Of a DNA stretch of 14,180 nucleotides, positions 1 to 7,500 are shown one piece after another. Made by a program: the position numbers and the translations under genes. The first letter of the stretch is position 1. Each line of letters starts with the position of its first letter. Source of the stretch: Deinococcaceae bacterium (GTDB taxonomy: Bacteria > Deinococcota > Deinococci > Deinococcales > Trueperaceae); the NCBI GenBank assembly GCA_040256005.1, contig JBDZWC010000080.1, positions 1 through 14,180 on the forward strand, written 5' to 3'. Under the pieces are notes generated by a model. It saw only the letters and a program-made list of their open reading frames with translations. It was not told the DNA's origin and ran no database searches.

Positions 1-2051
1 AGTTGTGCGAAGACCGTCGCCGCGGACGGGCTGATGGCCAGGCAGTTGCGCTCCACCTTCAACGTCTGGACACCGGCCAGGTCGAGCAGCGGCGCAGCGT
101 TCGTCATGAGGTTGCGCGACAGGTCGAGCGTCTCCAGCCGCCCCAGACCCGTCAACGGGGACACGTCGGCCACCAGGTTGCGCGCGAGGTTGAGCTCCTC
201 GAGGGCGCCGAGGCCCGCCAAGGCGCTCACCTCGGCTACCTGGTTGCGCGAGACCTCGAGGGTGTTCAGGCGCGTCAGCCCGGAGAGCGGGGACAGGTCC
301 GCGAGGCCCATGTTGCTCAGGTCCAACAGCTCCAGAGCGCGCAGACCGGCCACGAACCCAACGTCCGTCAGCTGGTTGCTGCCCAGGCGCAGGCTGGTCA
401 GCGAAGTGAGGTTCGCCAGGGGCCCAGCGTCGGCCACCAGGTTGAAGCGCAGGTCGAGGTTCTCCAAGTCCTGCATGGTCGCCAGCACGCTGATGTCGGC
501 GATCTGGTTCCGGCGTGCCGTGAGCGACGTCAGGCCCGACAGGTCGCGCAGGGCCGAGAGGTCCGTCAGCAGGTTGTTGTCCGCCGCCAGGCTCCTGAGG
601 GAGGTCAGGTCCGCGATGGGGCTCAGGTCGGCGATCTCGTTCTCCGCCAGGCCAAGGGACTCGAGCCGCGTGAAGTCACGCAGGAGCCCGATATCGGCGA
701 CCTGGTTGGCCGAGAAGTCGAGGTCGATGAGCCCGGTCATCGCGGCGATGGGCTCGAGGTTCCGCACCTGGTTTGCGCTCAGGTCGAGGCTGGTGAGCCT
801 CGTCATGGCCCGCAGCGCCTGGATGTTCGTGACCTGGTTGGACCTGAAGTCCAGGACCTGCATGTCTCGCATGGCTGCCAAGGGCGTCAGGTCGACCACC
901 ATGTTGTGGCCCAGGTCGAGACGCTGCAGCCGCGTGAGACCGGTCAACGGCGTGAGGTCCGCGACCTGGTTCCGGGCCAGGTTCAGCTCCTCGAGGGCCG
1001 TCATGGCAGCCAAGGGACCCAGGTCGGTGACCTGGTTGCGGTTCACGTTGAGGTAGGTCAGCTTCGTCAGCGCCCGGAGTGGCGCCAAGTCAGTGATGAG
1101 GTTGTTGTCGACGTTCAGGAACTCGAGGTCGCGCAGACCCGAGAGCGGGGCCAAGGACGCGACCGCGTTGCTGGCCAGGTCCAGCGTGCGCAGCGCCGTG
1201 AGCCCGGCCAGCGGCGTGATGTCCGTGATCTGGTTGCGGCTCAGGCGCAGCGTCTCGAGCGTGGTCAGGCCCTTGAGCGGGGCGAGGTCGACGATGCCGG
1301 TGCCGCGCATGTCGAGCTCCTCGATGCTGAACAGGAACAGGACGAACCCCAAGCTCCCGATGTCGTTGTCGCGCAGCGATAGGAACTCGAGGTTCTCCAT
1401 GGACCCGAGGCCCGTGGCGCTCGTGATGCGGTTGTTCGCCAGGTCGAGGTACTCGAGTTGAGCGAGCGCCGCCAGCGGCCTGGGGTCGGCGACCAGGTTG
1501 CTCGAGAGGTAGAGGTACTCCAGGCTGGCGCTGCCGGCCAGCGCCGAGACGTCCTTTACGCCGTTCTCGCGCAGGTCCAGGCGCGACAGCTCCGGCATCG
1601 TGGCCGCGAAGCTTAGGTCCGAGACCCGGTTCCGCCTGGCGTCGAGGCGCTGCAGCGACGGGTGGCCGCTGAGCGCGCTCAGGTCACTGAGGTCGTTGTC
1701 GAACAGGTCCAGCCGGGTCAGACGCGCGAGCCCGGCGATGGGCCGCAGGTCGGCCACCCGGTTGCCTCTCAGTTCCAGGCGGCGCAGGTTCACGGCCTGC
1801 TCGATGCCGGTGAGGTCCGTGATGCCGGCGTCGTTGGCGATCAGCTCTTGGAGCTCGGCCACGGCGCCGCAGGTGACCACCTCGGTGGGCTGCAGCCCGA
1901 TCGCCGCCCTCACGGCGGCGGCCAGCCCGCGGTCCGGGAAGAGGACGGTGTCCGTGGGTGCGGCGCAGGACGCGGCCTGGCCGAAAGTCACGGGTAGGGC
2001 TAGTGCCAGCAACAGGCCGACGCCAAGGAGAGGTCTGGGCACCTTGAGCAT
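1..2051 (-). CDS. Secreted internalin-like leucine-rich repeat protein (3' end runs off the window, at least 683 aa)
   Basis: Not in the ORF track because no stop lies in the window. Manual translation from ATG 2051 gives MLKVPRPLLGVGLLLALALPVTFGQAASC (signal peptide), then the internalin-type N-cap VLFPDRGLAAAVRAAIG...VVTC. This is followed by 27 contiguous 22-aa LRRs (e.g. LETLRLSRNQITDITPLAGLTA, LEELNLARNQVADLTPLTGLTR) and a cap-like VQTLKVERNCL. The frame is open to position 3 with strong GC3 bias. Confidence 0.95.
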   Translation of the reverse strand, partial: MLKVPRPLLGVGLLLALALPVTFGQAASCAAPTDTVLFPDRGLAAAVRAAIGLQPTEVVTCGAVAELQELIANDAGITDLTGIEQAVNLRRLELRGNRVADLRPIAGLARLTRLDLFDNDLSDLSALSGHPSLQRLDARRNRVSDLSFAATMPELSRLDLRENGVKDVSALAGSASLEYLYLSSNLVADPRPLAALAQLEYLDLANNRITSATGLGSMENLEFLSLRDNDIGSLGFVLFLFSIEELDMRGTGIVDLAPLKGLTTLETLRLSRNQITDITPLAGLTALRTLDLASNAVASLAPLSGLRDLEFLNVDNNLITDLAPLRALTKLTYLNVNRNQVTDLGPLAAMTALEELNLARNQVADLTPLTGLTRLQRLDLGHNMVVDLTPLAAMRDMQVLDFRSNQVTNIQALRAMTRLTSLDLSANQVRNLEPIAAMTGLIDLDFSANQVADIGLLRDFTRLESLGLAENEIADLSPIADLTSLRSLAADNNLLTDLSALRDLSGLTSLTARRNQIADISVLATMQDLENLDLRFNLVADAGPLANLTSLTSLRLGSNQLTDVGFVAGLRALELLDLSNMGLADLSPLSGLTRLNTLEVSRNQVAEVSALAGLGALEELNLARNLVADVSPLTGLGRLETLDLSRNLMTNAAPLLDLAGVQTLKVERNCLAISPSAATVFAQ
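72..1853 (-). repeat. Protein-level tandem array of 27 x 66-nt (22-aa) SDS22/internalin-class LRR units
   Basis: Consensus LxxLxLxxNxI/VxDLxPLxxLxx recurs every 66 nt with no indels from 1853 to 72. Confidence 0.92.
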
Positions 2052-2057
2052 GAGGCC

Positions 2058-2086
2058 ATGCTATGTACGTTCCGCCGGTTTGTCCG
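2058..2086 (-). promoter_or_regulatory. Putative sigma70-type promoter giving a leaderless transcript of the LRR gene
   Basis: Minus strand reads CGGACA (2086-2081, 4/6 to TTGACA), 17-nt spacer, TAGCAT (2063-2058, TANNNT), 6 nt, ATG (2051). No SD precedes the ATG. Confidence 0.6.
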
Positions 2087-2112
2087 TGCCGTCAGCCGGC
2101 CGTTCTAGCCCT

Positions 2113-4227
2113 TCAGCCCTGCATCGCCTTCATCTCCAGGAACGTGCCCACGACCGTGGGGTCGAAGTGGCACTCGGCCTGCTCCTCGATGTAACGCTTG
2201 GCCTCCTGCGGCTGCCACGCCTCGCGGTAGGGCCGCTTGCTAGTGAGCGCGTCGTACACGTCCACCACCGAGAAGATCCGCGCCTCCATGGGGATCTGCT
2301 TCCCCTTGAGACCGTGGGGGTAACCGGAGCCGTCCCACTTCTCGTGATGGTAGAGCGGTATCACCAGCGCAGGGCGGAGGAAATCGATGGGGCCGAGCAG
2401 CTCGGCGGCGTATGTGGGGTGCCGCTTCATGATCTCCCACTCGCGCTGGTCCAGCTTGCCCGGCTTGAGCAGGATGGAGTCGGGCACCGCCATCTTACCG
2501 ATGTCGTGCAGCAACGCCCCTCTGCGGACGTGAACGAGGTCGTCGCGAGGCACGCCCATGCGCTTCGCCAGCGACACCGTCATGTCGGTGACGCGCCGGC
2601 TGTGGCCCTCGGTCTCCTCGTCCCTGAGGTCGAGCGCCCGCGCCCAACCCTCGATCGTGCGGTCGTAGGCCAACCGTAGCTCCGTGTTGGAGCGCTCCAG
2701 GCTCTCGAACATGGTCGCGCTGTCGAGCGCGATGGCCGCCTGGGTGGAGAGCGTGGCGAGGAACGAGAACCAGTCGTCGGTCGGGTCGAGGCGGGTGCGA
2801 TGGAACAGCTCCAGCACGCCCAGCAGGTGTCCCTTGGCGATCAGCGGCATCGCCACGTAGCTCTGGAAACCCTGCCTGACGATGGAGCCGGAGTCCTCGA
2901 AGGCGCGACGGAACTCGTCCGGGTCCTGGATGACGATGCGCTGGCGCTCCAGCGCCGCCCGCCCGGCCATGCCCTCACCCATCCTCAGCGAGGTGTCGTG
3001 GAGCGTGGTGTCCTTCTCGAACCCGCGGCTGGCCCCGAAGACGAGCCGCTCGCTCGCCGGCTGCACGAGGAGGATGGAGGCGGCGTCGACCTTGAGGCGC
3101 CTAGTCACCTGCTGCAGCACGACGTCCAGCGTCAGGCTCAGGTCGAGGCTTCCCGTGATGGCGCGGTCGATCTCGTGCAGAGACGTGATGCGCTCGAGCC
3201 GCTCCTGCAGCTCCTCGTTGAGCGTCTCGATGTTCTTGCGGGCGGCGGCGATCTCGCTGCGGTCCAGCGCCACGCCGGCGGCGTAGACCTTGCCCCCGAG
3301 CTTGATGCGGGCACCGTTGAGCAGGTAGGGCAGCTCCTCGCCCTGGCGCGTCAACAGGTTGAGCTCGGTGATCGCGCTCCCCTGCTCGAAGATCTTCGCG
3401 TAGTGCTCGCGCATCTTGGGTCGGTCGGCGACGGTGACCAGCTGCTCGGGGCTCACGGCCGCCATCTCCTCGTCCGACAACCCGAGCACGCGGTCGAAGT
3501 TCCGGTTCCAGCGCGTGAAGTGGCCCTGCTCGTCGATAAGGGCGAAGATGCCGGGCAGCCCCTGCACGATGGCGTCGGTCACCTGGCGCTCCTCCTCCAG
3601 TTCCTCACGCGCCCGGGCGCGCTCGTCGGCCTGCTCCTTGAGCCGCACCTGGTAGTCGAGCGCGTCCGTGAGGGTCGAGCGGTGCACGATGCCGAAACGG
3701 TCGAGGAAGTACGACACGAGCAGCAACATGACGATGCTCTCGAACGCCATCTGCCACTCGGGGTTAGCGCGGGCGCTGCGCACCAGCAGCAGGTCCAGCT
3801 CGGTCATCATCGGCACCAGGAGCAGCGACCCCACCGCCCACGCGGTCGTGATGATGAGCGCCTGACGGCTGAGGACCAGGCCGGCCAGCACGATGGGCAC
3901 GGCGAAGAAGAGGATGCTCACCGGGTTGCCGCCCAGCCCCACCGCCATGAGCGTCAGCGTGGCGGACCCCAGCGTCAGGCCCATGACGATCAGGATCGCG
4001 AGCCTGAAGTTCCCCTTGGCGTTGAGCCACAGGGCCAGACCGAGGACCGGTATGGCCAGCATGTTCGGCACGAACGCGGGGTTGGCTAGTATCTCGCGGC
4101 CGGCGCGCGCCACGCTGAGCCCCAGGTTGGCGACGATCACCACGAGCAGAACCCACAGCAGACGCTGCACCACCGTCACGCGCTGCTGCTCGACTCGAGC
4201 TTGTATATCGGTAGTGACGGCCGTCAT
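2113..4227 (-). CDS. Membrane-bound HD-GYP cyclic di-GMP phosphodiesterase (about 6 TM - coiled coil - PAS - GAF - HD-GYP), 704 aa
   Basis: About 6 hydrophobic helices in aa ~20-180; PAS (LPGIFALIDEQGHFTRWN...LDRSE); GAF (LHEIDRAITGSLDL...GEGMAGRAA...MPLIAKGHLLGVL...QAAIAL). HD-GYP motifs are intact: ETEGHSRRV, LLHDIGK, MKRHP, HHEKWDGSGYP, VVDVYDALTSKRPYR. Confidence 0.96.
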   Translation of the reverse strand: MTAVTTDIQARVEQQRVTVVQRLLWVLLVVIVANLGLSVARAGREILANPAFVPNMLAIPVLGLALWLNAKGNFRLAILIVMGLTLGSATLTLMAVGLGGNPVSILFFAVPIVLAGLVLSRQALIITTAWAVGSLLLVPMMTELDLLLVRSARANPEWQMAFESIVMLLLVSYFLDRFGIVHRSTLTDALDYQVRLKEQADERARAREELEEERQVTDAIVQGLPGIFALIDEQGHFTRWNRNFDRVLGLSDEEMAAVSPEQLVTVADRPKMREHYAKIFEQGSAITELNLLTRQGEELPYLLNGARIKLGGKVYAAGVALDRSEIAAARKNIETLNEELQERLERITSLHEIDRAITGSLDLSLTLDVVLQQVTRRLKVDAASILLVQPASERLVFGASRGFEKDTTLHDTSLRMGEGMAGRAALERQRIVIQDPDEFRRAFEDSGSIVRQGFQSYVAMPLIAKGHLLGVLELFHRTRLDPTDDWFSFLATLSTQAAIALDSATMFESLERSNTELRLAYDRTIEGWARALDLRDEETEGHSRRVTDMTVSLAKRMGVPRDDLVHVRRGALLHDIGKMAVPDSILLKPGKLDQREWEIMKRHPTYAAELLGPIDFLRPALVIPLYHHEKWDGSGYPHGLKGKQIPMEARIFSVVDVYDALTSKRPYREAWQPQEAKRYIEEQAECHFDPTVVGTFLEMKAMQG

Positions 4228-4398
4228 GCCTCCGAGGTCCCCCGAGCCGCCAAGCGGCTACCCCATCCGGAGATCGCCCGTCGCGCCACCGTCCCCCATC
4301 GACAGGTGGTTGTCACGCCCTGCCCCCTTCCAGTTGGCGGGCACCGCGGCACGTTCATCGTGCGGCACGGGCCCCGCTCATCTGAGTGCCCCTCGGTA

Positions 4399-4426
4399 AG
4401 CCTAACGACCCTAGGCGTGGTGCCAT
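4399..4426 (-). promoter_or_regulatory. Possible promoter upstream of the HD-GYP gene
   Basis: Minus strand ATGGCA (4426-4421), 16 nt, TAGGCT (4404-4399, TANNNT), downstream of the adhesin-gene hairpin. Motif match only. Confidence 0.3.
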
Positions 4427-4496
4427 GGGTTCATGGTCACGCAAGGGCACTTTCCTCCGCTGCCAGACACGTCACCCCGTCCAGCCGAAGACGTGG

Positions 4497-4535
4497 AACA
4501 CGCCCGCCCGGTCGTCGGAACAGACCGGGCGGGCG
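4497..4535 (-). terminator. Probable intrinsic terminator or 3' stabilising hairpin of the giant lipoprotein gene
   Basis: Perfect 13-bp inverted repeat cgcccgcccggtc (4501-4513) / gaccgggcgggcg (4523-4535) with a 9-nt loop, 43 nt after the stop at 4579. Only a short UGUU tract follows on the minus strand. Confidence 0.7.
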
Positions 4536-4578
4536 CGCGTCATCCTGGGCTACTGCTGCCCGACCTGGCGGTCCGAAC

Positions 4579-7500
4579 TCATGGCAGATCCGGCAGCAAC
4601 ACGACCTCGTTCTCCCTGACCTCGAAACGCGTGCCTACGATGGGGCTGTCCGGGTCGGACGGGTCCACGGGAGCTACAGATGTCACCACGCGTGGGAAGC
4701 GTAGGTCGTCCTGGATGGTCCGCCCCAGCTGCTGTTCCCAGAGGAGGGTCTCGGCGTTGAACTTCCAGACCTCGCTGCCGGTCCAGGTGTCGTCGCCTGG
4801 GGTGGCGTCGGAATCCGTGCCGCTCGTGAGCAGGTACGCGAGGTCCCGTGCCAGGCCGCCGGTGAGGACGATGTCGAGGTAGGTGGAGTACGGCTGGCTC
4901 TGCGTGTAGTAGCCGTACTGCTTCTCGCCCTTGAAGACCGAGAGGTCCTTGCCGACCACCGCACCGTTGATGGTGTTCGCGTCGAGGTCGATCACCATCT
5001 CCCCACCGTAGTTGCTCAGGTCGCCCCAGTAACTGGCCCAGGCCGTCACGAGGTCACCGTTGCGCACGATCCTGACGCGAGACTGCCTGTTGCTCCAGGC
5101 GGCCGACGTGGCGCCGACCTGGACGTTGGTGAGGTAGGTGATCGTGCCGTTCTCGACGTAGGCGATGCCCCAACCCTTGTGGGAGCCGTTGTTGCCCTGC
5201 GTCCGTAGCGCGACGAGGTACTTGTTGCCCCCGGCGTCGCGCGTGAAGGCGATGACCAGGCCGATGGCGTCGTCGTCCGCGTTGTTGGACGTCAGCGTCG
5301 CTTCGAACTCGTAGTACTCGAGAGCGTCGGCCTCGGGGCTCACGATGATCTCGTGCGGGCTGGTGTTCTGAGGCTGCACGATGCTGCCGGTCACGGGGTC
5401 GATGAACCAGTCGTCCGCGTTGCCGCCCATCTCCTGGCTCGGGTCGGGGTAGTAGTTGCCGTTGCTGGCCCGCGGCCAGGTGTCGAAGACCTCCTGGAAG
5501 GTCGGCGGTTCGTAGCCGGCGGTGTAGGCCTCCAGGTCAGCCCTCGCGGTGAAGACGACGGCGTCCTGCGGAGGCAGCGTGACGTTGAAGGTGACGGTGG
5601 CGGTCGCCTGCGTGCCGAGGGGATCCTCGACCGTGTAGTCGAACGAGGCGACCTGTCCCATGAGGCCCGACGAAGTGACCCTGAGCGTGGAGCCGTTGTC
5701 GACGACGGTGACGTTCTGCTGGTCGGCGACTGCGACGAGCGTCAGTCTCAGGCCGGTGCTGGCGAAGTCGTTCGCCAGCAGCGTGGTCACGGGCAGGTCG
5801 ATGCTGCCGCCCTCGACGATGTTGGCCTGGTCGTCACTAGCGGTGACGGTTGGCTTGACAACCGTGAAACCGGCGTCCAGCGTGCCCATGCCGCCGTCGG
5901 GGTTGGTGACGGTCACCGCGGCCGCGCCCAGGTCCACCTCGCCGAGAGTCGCCGTCACCTCGACGGTGATGCGGCTGGCGGAGTCCACGGTCACGTCGCC
6001 CACGGTCAGCCCGCCACCGAGCGATACGGTCGCGCCGGGGACGAAGTCGGTACCGTCGATGAAGAACTGAGAGGTCTCGCCCACCTGGATCTCGTTCGGG
6101 CTGACGGAGCTCACGGTCGGCTTGGGGTTGACTGTGACCTTCTCGTAGAGGCTTCTGTTGAGGGCCGGGATCTTGGCGCCGTACTCGACGTAGAACTCGT
6201 ACTCGCCGGCCGCTGCTGAACGCACGCGGAAGTTCGCCGAGGTCGAGCCGGCGGGGATCACGACGCCGCCGACGAGGTCGTCCGAGCCGGCAGCCACGAA
6301 CGCCAGGCCGGCGTCACCCTGCAGGGTGAGTGCGATATCGGCCGGGGCCTCGACCGGGGCGCCGTTCTCGTCTCTCAACTGAACCGAGATGATGGGCGAG
6401 TTCGCGTCCTCGCCGACCTCGATGCCGCCGCCGACGATGACGATCTCCGCCGCCGGCACGATCTGGAAGGAGACGCCGGTGAAGAGGCCCGCGAGGGGTC
6501 CCGAGGGAGTGACCGTCACCGTGTACGGCTCCATGCTCAGGGCGTTCGTCTCCATGGGGATCTCGACGAGGGTGGCGCCAGGTTCCACGGTCACGGATGT
6601 GATGGGCTCGAGCGTCTCCGGGTCGAGGAACCTCAGGCCGGTGGCCGGTTCGACGGTGAGGTCGAACGTGACGGGAACCGGGCCGAGGGAGAGCGGGTCG
6701 CCGCCGGATGTCTGCAGCGGGATGCGACCCGTGCTGGGCCAGTTCACGGGCAGCACGTACGAGGGCAGTTCACCCTCTTCTTCGCTGGGGAGTGCGCCGA
6801 CCAGGTCGAAGCCGTCCGTGACCCAGACGGTGCGGTCGCTGATGCCGGCGTAGTTCGGGCTGGTGGACGCGATGGTCACGACGTAGGTGCCGAGCGCCTC
6901 GATCGTTGAGACGGTCTGCTGTCCGGCCGGTATGGGCTGGTAGGACCCGTCGTGGGTGCGGCGGTACGAGAGCACGTAGTCGGTCATGCCGGCCGGGTCG
7001 GCCACGATGGTCAGGCCCACGATCGTGTCGCCGTCGCGCTCGTAGACGTGGACACCGTCAATGGTGAAGTCGGCGTTGGAGATGTCGAACGACACCGGCG
7101 CGGGCTGGATGGTGAAGCTGCCGGCCAGGCTGATCGCGTAGTTCTCGGTTACGTCCTCGTCGCGGCCGTTCTTGATGACGACGCTGCCGAGGTCCAGGTC
7201 GTACGTGCCGGCGGCGACGCCGGTGAAGGTGAGCAGCCCGCTGAGCGCGTCGCCAGCGCCCAAGGTGGTGCCGCCTGCCAGCCTCGGCGGCAGTTCGGGA
7301 TCGGCCTCGCCGTAGACCTTGCCGGTCACATCCGTGGTGAGTGTGATGGGCCGCGCGCCGACCGTCACGATGACGTCGTTGGACCCCGTGTAGCGCGGGT
7401 CGTTCGCCGTCAAGGTGACGCGGTACTGACCGGCGTCCAGGATCCCGGCCACGCCTTCTTCGATCTGCTCGCCGGAGGGCGTGAGCACCCGCTTCCATTT

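Noticed and set aside
72..1853. LRR array as a CRISPR array, DGR target or cassette-shuffling receptor system
   Set aside because: The units are degenerate coding repeats without spacers. There is no near-identical template copy differing at adenines, and no reverse transcriptase, recombinase or silent cassette in the window.
1965..1976. AASC in the LRR protein as a lipobox
   Set aside because: Cys29 lies several residues past the hydrophobic region and position -3 is Ala. SPI cleavage with an N-cap disulfide seems more likely, though a lipobox is not excluded.
3..2679. Plus-strand ORFs 3..1382, 34..1056, 1093..1461, 1600..2679 and 1662..1997, some with periodic sequence
   Set aside because: Antisense shadows of the LRR and HD-GYP genes. 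Their periodicity mirrors the 66-nt LRR unit, and stop codons are scarce in high-GC DNA.
4227..4299. In-frame ATG...TAG (stop at 4260-4258) just upstream of the HD-GYP ATG, suggesting readthrough or a truncated N-terminus
   Set aside because: It would add only about 24 low-complexity residues, and the protein is complete from 4227.
2800..4882. Plus-strand ORFs such as 2800..4089, 3893..4399, 4201..4704 and 4433..4882
   Set aside because: They overlap well-supported minus-strand genes or the terminator, have R/P/S-rich shadow composition, and show no recognisable motifs.
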